A model generated the notes under the pieces. The model was not told the DNA's origin and searched no databases. It saw nothing but the letters and a program-made list of their open reading frames with translations. From positions 1 through 64,000 of the forward strand of contig JBGAGQ010000014.1 in assembly GCA_044226625.1 (NCBI GenBank): 64,000 nucleotides of DNA, given 5' to 3'. The translations under genes and the position numbers were made by a program. Positions 19,252 through 30,129 of the stretch are shown piece after piece (positions within the stretch are counted from its first letter, which is position 1; the number at the start of each line of letters is the position of its first letter). The stretch comes from Thermoanaerobaculia bacterium. GTDB lineage: Bacteria; Acidobacteriota; Thermoanaerobaculia; Multivoradales; UBA5704.

Positions 19252-20292
19252 TCAGGGTTTCGCGCCGCGCTTCGGCAGAGTCTTCTGGAGCTTTTCCACT
19301 TCCGCGCCGATCGCGCCGAGCAGCTTGTCGGTGCGCCGTTTCCAGTCCGCTGCGCTCATCCGCTCGACCGGTGCGCTCGCCTCGACGGTGCCCGGTTGGT
19401 CGGCCGAGCCCGAGACCTTGATCCGTAGCTCGCCCCAGAGGATCGTCCAGCCGCGGCCGCTCTCGAAGATCGGCTCGAGCTTCTCGCCCGCCGCGCGCAT
19501 CGCCTGCACCACCGCCTGCACCAACCGGCCATCCTCGGAATAGGGAAGGGGAAATGTGCGGCGTGCCGAATAGGCGCCAGGCGGTAGGCGGTAGGAGTCG
19601 GTCGCGAGCAGATCGACGAAGGCCGGGTTCTCGTCGAGGGTCGAGAAGTTCGGGTCGTTCCGCGCCTTGAGGCGAGTCCGCTCGTCGAGCTGGATCGCGC
19701 GCCGAAGGGTATCGACGGCCAGCGCGGCGTACCCGGCGAGGGCGTAGTTGCTGGCCACCAGATAGTGCGCCTCGGCTGAGGTGGATTCGGCTCCGAGATA
19801 GCGCTCGAACCGCGCGCTCGCCCCTTTGAGGTCGCCCTTGAGAAGGAGGACCGCGCCGAGGTTGACGTCGTTGTCGTGCGCCGCGGGGTCGAGCCGTTCT
19901 CCCTGCTCGAACGCTTCGAGCGCGCGGTCGTAGCGCTTTTCGGCGAGGTCGAGGGCGCCCCGGTTGAGCCAGGCTTGGCGTTGCTTGGGATCGAGCGTAA
20001 GCGAGCGCTCTAGGTCGTTGCGCCCCCCTTCGAGGTCGCCCGCCTGGAAACGCGCGGTGCTGCGCAACAGCAGCGCCTGGGCGTCGGACGGGGCGGCCGC
20101 GAGCGCTTGGTCGAGGAGAGGCAATGCCTGAGCGGCCTTGCCGGCGTCGATCAGCTCGCGGGCGCGGGCGACGCTGGGATTGACCGGTTTGACCGCCTGC
20201 GGCTTTTGCGCCAAGCAAAGGGAGGCCCCGAAAACGGCCGAGGCGAGGATCAGGCAGTGCGCCAGGGCGCGAAAGGACGGCTGGAGCGTCAA
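19252..20292 (-). CDS. Exported tetratricopeptide repeat protein
   Basis: Signal peptide; TPR units (AWLNRG, AHYLVASNYA, LERSLTLDP); KARNDPNF cap. Confidence 0.85.
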   Translation of the reverse strand: MTLQPSFRALAHCLILASAVFGASLCLAQKPQAVKPVNPSVARARELIDAGKAAQALPLLDQALAAAPSDAQALLLRSTARFQAGDLEGGRNDLERSLTLDPKQRQAWLNRGALDLAEKRYDRALEAFEQGERLDPAAHDNDVNLGAVLLLKGDLKGASARFERYLGAESTSAEAHYLVASNYALAGYAALAVDTLRRAIQLDERTRLKARNDPNFSTLDENPAFVDLLATDSYRLPPGAYSARRTFPLPYSEDGRLVQAVVQAMRAAGEKLEPIFESGRGWTILWGELRIKVSGSADQPGTVEASAPVERMSAADWKRRTDKLLGAIGAEVEKLQKTLPKRGAKP

Positions 20293-21458
20293 CGACCACC
20301 TCCTGAGACGGATGCACGGCGTTTCGCTTCGATCGGGGCGGCTGCCGCGGCCGGCGGCTTCGGGGCCGGCGGGGCTCCGCGCGCGAGCGCCGCTTCGACT
20401 TCGGGCAGATCGATCAGAAGGGATCCGCCGACGGCCGCCCGTTCGGGCTCGAATTCGTAGTCCCGGATCACACGCCGGAAGACCTCTTTGAGCGCCCTCG
20501 CGCCGAGCCGGTTCGCCCGCTCGGCCTCGACCGCGATCCGTCGCGCCGCGGCGGGCGAGAGCGCGAGGTGCAAGCCGCGGCTCTCGAAGTAAGCCGAGCT
20601 CTGGCGGTAGGCCGAATCGGGCGCCTCGAGAAAGATTTGAACCAACTCGTCGACCCCAAGGTTTTCGAGCAGGACCACAGCGTCGAATCGCGACAGGAAC
20701 TGGGGCGAAAGGCCGTAGTCGAATAAGTCCTCGTTACGCAGGAACCGGCGCAGCTCGAAACGCATCTCCTCGCGCACTTGCCCGCCTTCGACGAGGATCG
20801 TCGGTTGCAGCGCCCCCTTGTCCCGGCCGATCGTCACCCGGTCGTAGACGTCGTCGTAAAGGCCCTCGAAAGCGCCCGCGCAGACGAACAGCAACCCGGA
20901 CGAATCGATCACCGCGGTGCCACCCCCGGACCACTCCGGTAGCTCGAACGGCACCGCTTCGTTCTCGATCAAGGTGAGCAGTGCTTCCTGAGCGCGCAGG
21001 CCGGGGACGTTCACCCCGCCGCCGATCTGGGAGCGGATCTTGTCGATCTCGTCGACGAAGACCAGGCCGTTCTTCGCCCGCGCGATCATCTGCTGGACCG
21101 GGGCTTGCGGCCCCAACTGCTCGCGAGCCCGCTGCATCAGCCGGCCGAGCACGGCTTCCCCGGGGCGTCCGCGTTCCGCCGCTTCGGCCAGCACGTTGGC
21201 GTGGATTCGGATAACCGTCGATCGGCCGGCGAGGGCCGGATCGTCCGCGAGGTACGACTCGACCGCTCGCATCAGCGTGGTCTTGCCGCTCCCCGAAGAG
21301 CCGATCATCAAGATGTTGCCGGTCGCGAGGCCCGCGAGATGCTTGGCGAGCGCCACCGACATCTCCCGGACGGCGTTCTCCTGTCCTAGAACGCGCCGCC
21401 CGATCGCGGCGGCGATCGCTGTCGGATCGGGAGCATCGAACCGGGCACCGGCGGACAT
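20289..21458 (-). CDS. ClpX-like AAA+ ATPase (divergent)
   Basis: VLGQENAV, Walker A GSSGSGKT, Walker B FVDEIDK, QEALLTLIE, FVCAGAF, PQFLSRF, GARAL; likely ATG at 21458. Confidence 0.85.
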   Translation of the reverse strand: MSAGARFDAPDPTAIAAAIGRRVLGQENAVREMSVALAKHLAGLATGNILMIGSSGSGKTTLMRAVESYLADDPALAGRSTVIRIHANVLAEAAERGRPGEAVLGRLMQRAREQLGPQAPVQQMIARAKNGLVFVDEIDKIRSQIGGGVNVPGLRAQEALLTLIENEAVPFELPEWSGGGTAVIDSSGLLFVCAGAFEGLYDDVYDRVTIGRDKGALQPTILVEGGQVREEMRFELRRFLRNEDLFDYGLSPQFLSRFDAVVLLENLGVDELVQIFLEAPDSAYRQSSAYFESRGLHLALSPAAARRIAVEAERANRLGARALKEVFRRVIRDYEFEPERAAVGGSLLIDLPEVEAALARGAPPAPKPPAAAAAPIEAKRRASVSGGGR

Positions 21459-21499
21459 GGGGGGCATTCTAGCCGACGCCCGCCGTGATGCCCGCGGGA

Positions 21500-24400
21500 T
21501 CAGTGCGCACCGCGGAGCGCCGGCCGGCGCGTGTCGTCCTTGATGCATTGAGCGAAGACGCCCGCTACCGGCGCCAGCTCCGGCGCCTGTTCGCTGGAGC
21601 GTATGAAGGGGCAGCGAAACGATCGCTCCTCCTGCCGGAAATAAGGACAATCCTGCGGCTCGGCGCGCTGCGGATGTTCCTCCAACTCAATCCTGGGAAT
21701 CCGGCAATGTTCTTCCAGAGCGGCGATGCTCCGATCGAGCATCGTCTCCCGGTCGTAGCTGCGCGCCTGCGCCTCCGCAAAGGCGCGGAACGTTTGGAAG
21801 CAGCCATCGGCGATCGCGCGGTTGACGCGGTCGGTTTCGAGACCTGTCGAGGCGCAGAACGCGAAGGTCTGGTTGAGATGATCCCCATCGGTGGGGATGA
21901 TCTTGAGCACCCCGCCCTGGACGATGCCCTCACAGAAATCTTGATTCCTCCCCTGGCCGGCGCGTAGGCGGTTGAGCTGGCGTCCCAGGTGCTCGAAGAT
22001 GTCCCCGAACCAGAGCATCTTGAGGTTGCTCTTCAGCTGTGCCGAACGGCGATAGATGGACAGGAGGTCGCCGTGACCGTGTTCCAATCCGCGCGGCGGA
22101 TTCGCCTCCAGAGCCGCGGCGATGAACAGCACGGGTTGCGAAAAGATCTGCTCGGCGTAGGCGGCACGATCCGAGACCTGCCGCGCGTACGAGATTTGAA
22201 CCTTCTTGAGGACGTCGATCGCGGGATAGAACGGTAGGTTGTCGAACATGCCGCCGTCGGCTAAGAGCACGTCTTCCCGGCCGAAATCGGGGAAGACGGT
22301 CGACTCCCGTCGCGGAGCGAAGATGCCAGGGAAAGCGCTGGAGCTAAGGACCGCTTCGATGAAGTCGAAGCTCGTTCCTCCGGCTGGAAAGTCTCTGCCC
22401 AGAAGGCGGGGTGTTCGGTCGCCGAGGCTCGAGGCGGTGCAGAAGAAGGAGACAGGATGCTCGCCACGATGGAACGGCTGGCGCTGGTTGAGGTGAATCC
22501 CCGCTCCTCCGCCGAGCAATCGATAGGCGGCTTGAGCGAGCAGCGAGCTGCCCATCACTTCGTATTCGATGCCCAGTCGGGGCAACGTCTCCTTTTGAAT
22601 TTTCTCGAGGAAAGCTTTCGCCGCCTCGGCATAGTGTCCAGCCACGAACTCGGTGGCGATCTTCCTCGCGTCCTGATAGGGCAGAAGGGTCAACTCCGCC
22701 ATCGCATCGACCAGCCCCGGCGGGGCGCTCGTTGCGGCAAACCCCGCGTCGGAACGGGTACCTCGCTCGATCATGCGTTGGAAATCGCGCGGGGACAGTT
22801 TGACCCGCCTCGCCCGAGTCCCCAGCTGGCGCGCGGCGTTCTTGAGCGTTCGGGTAAGGGCGATTCTCTCGTCGACCTCGCGGAATGTGTTCGCGAGCTC
22901 GCCGAGGAGGCGAAACGCCGGCCCGTCCTCGAGCACCGAGATCGCCCCCAGGACTCCGCCGATCAAGGCGCCGACCGAGGCCCCAACGATGAGGTCCGGC
23001 CGGATGCCCGCGACGCGGAGCGCTCCCAACACTCCGATGTGCGTCGCGCCGCGGAAGACTCCTCCGCTCGCGAGGAAGCAGATTCTTGGTTTCGTTCCGG
23101 TCAGATGAGGAAAGCCCTCGTGGATCTCCGCTTCGTCTTGGATCCCGAAACCGGGCACTTCCGGTTCCGTTGGCCGCTCCACGTGCAGATGACGTTGGCA
23201 CTCGCGGCAGATCTCGGCGAGGCCCGGTGCTTTCGGAAGAATCCTCTCGGCATCTCGCGGTCCGCCGTCTCGAGCGAGATGGCGCAGGAGCTCCTGGCAG
23301 GGAAGAGGAGGCATCGGGCGGTTCGGATCCGCGGAACGCGGCTTGCGCTCCGTGAGCTGTCGGATCTCTCGACCGTAGAGCCGTTCCAAGGTCCGGCGAC
23401 AGCCGGTGGCCGCCGCCCAGAGAATCTCCCCTGGCTCTGGTGCGAAAGGATTTCCGAAGGTCAACTCCTCGCCGGGAACGATCTCGTCGATGAAAAGCTG
23501 GAGTAGCCTCGTGTCGCCCCCCTCCGGCTTGGCGGCGTCCGCTGCCGTTGGAGCGCCGAAGAGGACGTTCTCCACCTCGCTCAGGAAATTGACTTCCGTG
23601 CATTCCATCTCGATATCTCGGCGCTTCGCCAATTCGAGGCTCAGCCGCACGACTTCGACGATGTTCATTCGCCCCGACGCTTCGGAACCGCCTTCGCCCT
23701 GGGACAGCGTCGGAGTGCTGGAGACCAAGTGGAGGCGGCAATCCGTGGATTCTGTTCCTTCGAGTCGCCTAGCCAACTCCCGGTTCTTCGGTTGTCTCAG
23801 GAAGGCGACCACCGCGGGGACGGGATTGCCGCGGACGGCGGAGCCGTCCACGAGATCCAGGGCCTGCGGTTTCGGCTGACCCGCGTTCGCCACGATCCAA
23901 TCGTCGACATCGGCACCCTCGACATGCCGCGGAGAGAAGAGAAAGGGCAAGGCGAGCGCGGCGCGTAACGCCTCGACCAGCCGCGCGCCGCGCCCGGCCC
24001 AGACCTGTTGTCCCACCGGGACGACGGCGAGCTCCTTTTCGAGCTGATTGAGCGGGGCTGCCACCAAGACGAGAGGGAACGGGTCGCTCTCGATCCTCGG
24101 TTCGCTGTCGGAGCTCTCCTCGCCGAAGAGCTCGTGCAGTCGGCGGTGCAAGTGGTAATCGGACAGGAGGCCCCGTTGGATTTCGAGCCGTGCGAAGAGC
24201 CTTGACGGATGGGCTTTGAGAAAAAGGGCGGACGCGACGCAAAGCCCCGCGAGAATTCCGGCGCCGATCAGTCCACCGGTCGGAAAGACCGTCTTGAGGA
24301 GCCGCAAGGTCTCGCGCAGGAGAGCGGGCGATGCGTCGAGGGTGAGGGACTGGGCGCCGCGCGAGAGGGCGCCGACGGCGAGATATAGGACGCTTGCGAC

Positions 24401-25097
24401 CGTGAAGAACGAGGTACCCCAGACCCACCATCCGAATAGCGGATGACCCAACCGGTTCACTCCACGGAGCCGTGTAGTGCGATCGAGCCGGAAGGGACTT
24501 TCCTTCACCCACTGCGGAGCGAATGCGAGGTGAAGGATCAAACCCCCGAGGACCTTGGCGCGCTTCCACTGGAACGAGAGCCAGCGGAAAACCCGGAAGC
24601 CGCCGTACGCTTCCTTCCGGCGCACGTGAGCCACGGCAAGGTCCGCGAGCGACGAGAATCGAACCGGCGACCTGGGTCAAGAGAAAGTAGCGTCTCCGGG
24701 ATTTCGCTTCGTCATCTCGCAGCGAAGGAGGGCACGAGAGGTCGGTGGACCGGCGCCATGTCGGAGTCGAGATCGATCGGATCCGGAAAGGCGCGCCAGA
24801 GAACGTCGAACGGAGAGTCGGTGAGACTCCGGAGGTAGCGGCGAAACCAGGACCAACGCCGAGCCTCGCGCTCTGGAGTGTCCGAGCCTTCCTGGTCTCC
24901 CAGCTCTCTGTAGCACCGTTGCATCGCCGCGGCCGAGAGGGCTCCGACCGAGATGCCCGACGCCAAGCCCGGTGCCGGCCGCCCGGCCGCCAGATACGCG
25001 TGGATCACGCCGGCGGCGAACGGTGCTCCTTTCCAGCCGGCGGCAAAGCACAGCGCATCGGTCGGAGGTGGATTCGAGGCGTGCTCACGGTTCGCCA
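21500..25097 (-). CDS. Tandem patatin-like phospholipase with membrane segments, frameshifted near 24630-24730
   Basis: N-part (24712-25097) has AAGWKGA and GISVG. The 1044-aa ORF has AALALPFLFSP..VDGSAVRGNP plus a second domain with SGGVFRG, GASVG, SSAFPGIF, DGG. Confidence 0.75.
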
Positions 25098-25287
25098 TGG
25101 GGCCCTCCCACGCCGAGGGCTTGAGCGCGGCCCTGCGCACTCGCCGCCCGTTGTTTCGGCATGTTTGGAGTTTCGGTCGAATTGCAGGCGCTACCGCCAC
25201 CTGGGAGGGTGGGGGTCGATGGCTTCGGAGGGTGGGTTATTTCAGCAAGGCCGGAGGGGTGACCGCGGCAGCCTTGCGTGGTGGGGT

Positions 25288-25328
25288 GACGGAGCCCAGG
25301 TCTCCGGTGGGATTCTCCGGGCTCCGTC
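25288..25328 (-). terminator. Stem-loop downstream of aldehyde dehydrogenase
   Basis: GACGGAGCCC...GGGCTCCGTC 10-bp inverted repeat ~15 nt past the stop. Confidence 0.4.
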
Positions 25329-25342
25329 GGTCGTCGCTGTGT

Positions 25343-26884
25343 TTACCCCTCGACGTCGAACTTCACCCCTTGGGCGAGGGGCAGGGCCTCTCCCCAATTG
25401 ATGGTGCAGGTCTGGCGGCGCATGTAGGCCTTCCAGGAGTCGGACCCCGCCTCGCGGCCCCCGCCGGTTTCCTTCTCTCCGCCGAAGGCTCCGCCGATCT
25501 CTGCCCCCGAGGTGCCGATGTTGACGTTCGCGATCCCGCAGTCCGAACCGGTCGCCGCGAGGAACCGCTCGGCGCTCCGCATGTTGAGGGTGAAGATCGC
25601 CGAAGAGAGCCCCTGGGGTACGGAGTTGTGGTCCCGGATCGCCTGGTCGAGGTCGTCGAACTCGAACAGGTAAAGGATCGGCGCGAACGTCTCGTCGCAG
25701 GTGATCGGCATCTGGACCTTCGCTTCGACGAGGGTCGGCTCGACGAAGAATCCCGGGCGGTCGATGCGGTGGCCGCCGACGAGGACATTGCCTCCCTCGG
25801 CTTTCGCGCGGTCGATCGCGGTCATCATGTTGTCGACGGCGGCCTGGTCGATCAGCGGCCCCATCAACGTGCCGGGTTCGGCGGGATCGTTCGGGCGGAT
25901 CGAAGCGTACGCCTTCGTCAGGCGCCGCTTCATCTCGGCGGCGATCCCCTTCTGCAGGAAGAGCCGGCGGGTCGTCGTGCAGCGCTGGCCGGCCGTTCCG
26001 ACGGCGGCGAACAGGACGGCGCGGAGCGCCAGGTCGAGGTCCGCGTCGTCCATCACCACGATGCCGTTGTTTCCGCCGAGCTCCAGGATCGCGCGGCCGA
26101 AGCGGTCGGCGAGCACCTTGCCGACCTCGCGTCCCATGCGCACGGAGCCGGTGGCGGAGATCAGCGGAACGCGCGGATCGGCGACCAGCTTCTGTCCGAC
26201 GCCCGTGCGGCCTCCCATCACGAGGGTGAAGATCGCCGGGGCTTGGTTGCGCTCGAGCACGCGGGCGGCGATCTTGGTCACCGCGATCGCGGTGAGCGGC
26301 GCCTGGTGCGACGGCTTCCAAATCGTCGAATCGCCGCAGACGGCGGCGACCATTGCGTTCCAGGCCCAGACCGCGACGGGGAAGTTGAACGCGGTGATCA
26401 CGCCCACGGGACCGAGCGGATGCCACTGCTCGTACATCCGGTGCTGGGGCCGCTCGGAATGCATCGAAAGCCCGTAGAGCTGACGCGACAGGCCGACGCA
26501 GAAATCGGCCATGTCGATCATCTCCTGGACCTCGCCCTGGCCCTCGGAGACGATCTTGCCCACCTCGTAGGTGACGAGCAGGCCGAGCTCCTCTTTGTGC
26601 TTGCGTAGCTCCTCGCCGATCTGGCGCACGATCTCGCCGCGCCGCGGAGCGGGCCAGGTCCGCCACTCTTCGAACGCCTTCACGCTCGCCGTGGCGACCC
26701 TTTCGTAGTCCTCTTCGTTGGCGAGGCGGACGGCCGCGAGCACCTCGCCGGTCCCCGGATTGAGCGATTCGACGCGCTCGCCATGGGTTTCGATCCAGGC
26801 GCCGTCGAAGGCCCCGGGATTTTCGGGGGCGATGTCGAGCGCCCGCAAAACGTCTTCAACGCGATGTGCGGTGTTGGCGGTCAT
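25343..26884 (-). CDS. Aldehyde dehydrogenase, ALDH7/antiquitin (piperideine-6-carboxylate dehydrogenase-like)
   Basis: GEVQEMIDMADFCVGLSRQLYG, AFNFPVAVW, LELGGNN, GTAGQRCTT, GAEIGGAFGGEKETGGGRE; ATG at 26884 with RBS. Confidence 0.92.
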   Translation of the reverse strand: MTANTAHRVEDVLRALDIAPENPGAFDGAWIETHGERVESLNPGTGEVLAAVRLANEEDYERVATASVKAFEEWRTWPAPRRGEIVRQIGEELRKHKEELGLLVTYEVGKIVSEGQGEVQEMIDMADFCVGLSRQLYGLSMHSERPQHRMYEQWHPLGPVGVITAFNFPVAVWAWNAMVAAVCGDSTIWKPSHQAPLTAIAVTKIAARVLERNQAPAIFTLVMGGRTGVGQKLVADPRVPLISATGSVRMGREVGKVLADRFGRAILELGGNNGIVVMDDADLDLALRAVLFAAVGTAGQRCTTTRRLFLQKGIAAEMKRRLTKAYASIRPNDPAEPGTLMGPLIDQAAVDNMMTAIDRAKAEGGNVLVGGHRIDRPGFFVEPTLVEAKVQMPITCDETFAPILYLFEFDDLDQAIRDHNSVPQGLSSAIFTLNMRSAERFLAATGSDCGIANVNIGTSGAEIGGAFGGEKETGGGREAGSDSWKAYMRRQTCTINWGEALPLAQGVKFDVEG

Positions 26885-27155
26885 GAAAACGTATCTCCTG
26901 AGAGAACGGAAAAGCGGGATTTCAGGGGAGGCGGGCCGTTCTCTCGGCCCGAGCTTCCCAAGGATACCGCAGGCGGGGGAGCGCGCCGCGTCTGCCGGGA
27001 GTGGGAATTGCGCTTTCGTCCCGCCGAAACCGCCCGACGGCTCCTCCCGCCGCACGATTTCCAGGGGTGGGCAAACTGACCTTTCGAGGCATCGGTCCGG
27101 GGCGGAATGGACACGGCGTTTCGCCGGTTCGTTTGGGTAGACTGAAAATATAGAC

Positions 27156-30128
27156 ATGTCGACCGGCGCCAAATCGGGAGAAGGGCCCGCTTTCGAGGGG
27201 GAAGGGGGAAAGACCGTCTTCCTGGGGCCGGCCGGCGCCTCCCCCGCCGCGAACAAGGGAGAGCCGCTCGCCACGCAGCCGGCCGCCGTAGAGCGCGCCG
27301 ACCTCCGCCCGGATGAGCTCGGGCGCGGCGACGTCGTCGGCCGATTCGTGATCCTCGACGTCGTGGGCCGCGGCGGGATGGGCGTGGTCTACTCCGCCTA
27401 CGATCCGGAGCTCGATCGAAAGATCGCCTTGAAGCTGGTGCGGCCGAATCGGCCGGGTGCGGGGGAGGGGCAGCTCGTTCGGGAGGCACAGGCGATCGCC
27501 CGCCTGTCGCATCCGAACGTAGTCGCGGTCTACGACGTCGGGACTCACCACGATCAGGTCTTCCTGGCGATGGAGCTGGTGCTCGGCCGCAATCTGGGCC
27601 CGTGGCTCGCCGAAAGCCCGCGCTCTGTTCGCGAGATCCTCGACGTGTTCGTCGCCGCTGGCCGCGGCCTCGCCGCGGCGCACGCGGCCGGGGTGGTCCA
27701 CCGGGATTTCAAGCCGGACAACGTGTTGATCGGCTTGGAGGGCCGCGTGCGGGTCGCCGATTTCGGCGTCGCCCGTCTTTCCGAAGCGGCGGGGGAGGAA
27801 GCGCCGGGCCGTCCCGACCTGCCGGAGGAGGCACGTTCGTCGCGGTCGACCCGGTCGACCCTGGCGGCCATGCCTGAGGCGACCCGCTGGGGCGTCGCGA
27901 TCGGCACCGTCCCCTACATGGCGCCCGAGCAGCTGCGCCGCGGTTCGGCCGACGCGCGGAGCGACCAGTTCGCTTTCTGCATCGCGTTGTTCGAGGCGCT
28001 GTATTGCGAGCGTCCTTTTGCCGGCCAGGGGGCCGTCGATCTGGTGCTCGCGATGGAATCCGGCGAGCTGCGCACGCCCAGCGCCGCCCCTCGACGCGTT
28101 CCCTCCTGGGTGCGCGCGGTGCTCGCTCGCGGGTTGGCCTTCGATCCCGCCACGCGCTATCCCTCGATGGACGAGCTGCTCACGGCGCTGTCCCACGACC
28201 CGCAGGCTGCCCGGCGTCGCTGGGCGCTCGGCGCCGCGGCGGCCGCATTCCTGCTCGTTGCGGGGCTCGGCGTGCGCGAGCTCGCGGTGCGGCGCGCTCG
28301 GGTCTGCGCGGGCGGCGCGGAGAAGGTGGATGCGCTTTGGAACGCCGACCGGAAAGAGGCGATCCATGCTGCGTTTCGGGCCTCCGGCCTACCGTTCGCC
28401 GAGGGGACGTGGGCGGGCGTCGAGCGGGCGCTCGATCGCTACGCCTCGGCCTGGGCCGGGATGCACCGGGAGGCGTGCGAGGCGACCCGCGTTCGCGGCG
28501 AGCAGTCCGAGGCGCTCCTCGATCGGCGGATGTTCTGCCTCGACCAGCGCCTGCGCGACCTCGGAGCCCTCACGGAGGTGCTTTCCAAAGCGGACGGCTC
28601 GGTCGTCGAAAAGGCGGTCGCCGCCGCTGCGGATCTACCGTCTCTCACCTCTTGCGCCGACCTCGCGGCGCTCAACGCTCGGGTGCCTCCGCCGTCCGAT
28701 CCGAAGGTGCGCGGCGCCGTGCAGGCGGTGGGCCGGGAAGTTGCTGCGGCGCGCGCGAGCTTCGCGGCCGGCCGCTATAAGGCTGGGCTCGAGCCCGCGC
28801 GCCGGGCGGCGACGGCGGCAGAGAAAGTTCCCTACCCGCCGATTCGCGCGGAGGCGCAGGTCGTCCTCGGCGGGCTCGAGGAGCGGACCGAGGACTACGC
28901 CGGTGCGCGCGAGACGCTCCATGCCGCCTGGTGGTCGGCGGAGTCCGGCTCGGACGACGAGGTGAAGACCCGCGCGGCCGTCGCCTTGATGCGGGTCGAG
29001 CGCCTGCAGACGCGCTTCGAGGAGGGAACCGACTGGAGCCGATTCGCGTCTTCGACCCTCGACCGGCTGGGGCCCGAGCCAGGCCTGCGGGCGGGCTACC
29101 TGCTGGAGCTGGGCCTCCTGCGCTCTGATCAAGGCAAGTACGACGAGGCCCTGTCCGCCCTCGACGAAGCGGTCGCGCTGCGCCGGAAGGCCTCGGATCG
29201 AGCGGAGTTGGTCGGCCCGCTCGGCAGCCTCGGTATGGTGCTCCATCGCAAGGGAGAGTACGAGCGCGCTCGAAAATCGTACGAAGAGGCTCTAGCCCTG
29301 GGCCGCCGCGAGCTGGGCGGCGAGCATCCGGAGGTTGCCGCGCTGCTTCAGCGGTTGGGAAACCTCCTGTTCGATCAGGGACGTTTCGAGGAATCGGCCC
29401 GCTACAGCCGACAGGCGCTCGCGATTCGGGAAAGAGTCCTGGGCCCCGACCATCATCAGGTGGGCTCGTCGCTCACAAGCCTGGGCAACGCCCTGTCTCA
29501 GCTCGGTCGCCCGGCAGACGCGCTGGCCTGTTACGAGCGGGCGCTCGCCACCCAGCGGCGAGCCTTCGGCGATCAGTCGCCGGCCGTGGCGGTTACCCTC
29601 AACAACATGGCGAACGTTCATTTGAATCAGCGTCGATTCGATCTCGCCGAACGCGAATTTCGACAGGTTTACGAGGTTCGGACGAAGACCCTCGGTCCCG
29701 AGCACCCGAGCGTCGCGCTCGCGCTGCACAACATCGGGATCGTGCTCGACCAACGCGGGAGGAGCGCCGCGTCCTTGCCCTGGTTCGAGAGATCTCTCGC
29801 CATTTCGGAACGGGCGCTCGGCCCGAATCATCCGACCGTGGTCGAAACCCTGATCGCGATCGCCGACGCCGAGGTTCACGCGGAACGTCCGGAGCGGTCG
29901 CTCCCTCTGCTCGAACGCGCGCTCGCGACCGTCGAAAAGGAAGAGCTGGAGGCCGACCTCGGAGGGCGAACCCGCTTCGCGCTCGCCTCGGCGCTCCGCG
30001 CCACGAAGCGCGATCCGGCGCGCGCCCGAGCTCTCGCCGAGCGGGCGATGGCGGATTTCGCTTCGCTCGGAAAAGATGGAGACACGGAGCGAAAAAAGGT
30101 CGAGGCGTGGCTTTCCGTGAGGAAATGA
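27156..30128 (+). CDS. Hanks-type Ser/Thr protein kinase with TM segment and C-terminal TPRs
   Basis: GRGGMGVVY, IALK, HRDFKPDN, DFG, YMAPE; kinesin-light-chain-like TPRs (LGPEHPSVA). Confidence 0.95.
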   Translation: MSTGAKSGEGPAFEGEGGKTVFLGPAGASPAANKGEPLATQPAAVERADLRPDELGRGDVVGRFVILDVVGRGGMGVVYSAYDPELDRKIALKLVRPNRPGAGEGQLVREAQAIARLSHPNVVAVYDVGTHHDQVFLAMELVLGRNLGPWLAESPRSVREILDVFVAAGRGLAAAHAAGVVHRDFKPDNVLIGLEGRVRVADFGVARLSEAAGEEAPGRPDLPEEARSSRSTRSTLAAMPEATRWGVAIGTVPYMAPEQLRRGSADARSDQFAFCIALFEALYCERPFAGQGAVDLVLAMESGELRTPSAAPRRVPSWVRAVLARGLAFDPATRYPSMDELLTALSHDPQAARRRWALGAAAAAFLLVAGLGVRELAVRRARVCAGGAEKVDALWNADRKEAIHAAFRASGLPFAEGTWAGVERALDRYASAWAGMHREACEATRVRGEQSEALLDRRMFCLDQRLRDLGALTEVLSKADGSVVEKAVAAAADLPSLTSCADLAALNARVPPPSDPKVRGAVQAVGREVAAARASFAAGRYKAGLEPARRAATAAEKVPYPPIRAEAQVVLGGLEERTEDYAGARETLHAAWWSAESGSDDEVKTRAAVALMRVERLQTRFEEGTDWSRFASSTLDRLGPEPGLRAGYLLELGLLRSDQGKYDEALSALDEAVALRRKASDRAELVGPLGSLGMVLHRKGEYERARKSYEEALALGRRELGGEHPEVAALLQRLGNLLFDQGRFEESARYSRQALAIRERVLGPDHHQVGSSLTSLGNALSQLGRPADALACYERALATQRRAFGDQSPAVAVTLNNMANVHLNQRRFDLAEREFRQVYEVRTKTLGPEHPSVALALHNIGIVLDQRGRSAASLPWFERSLAISERALGPNHPTVVETLIAIADAEVHAERPERSLPLLERALATVEKEELEADLGGRTRFALASALRATKRDPARARALAERAMADFASLGKDGDTERKKVEAWLSVRK

Positions 30129-30129
30129 A

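Noticed and set aside
25203-25262. GGAGGGTGGG repeats as a G-quadruplex or regulatory repeat
   Set aside because: Only two to three short copies in GC-rich DNA; not distinguishable from chance.
26885-27274. Long N-terminal extension of the aldehyde dehydrogenase
   Set aside because: Low-complexity translation overlapping the divergent kinase; an RBS supports ATG 26884.
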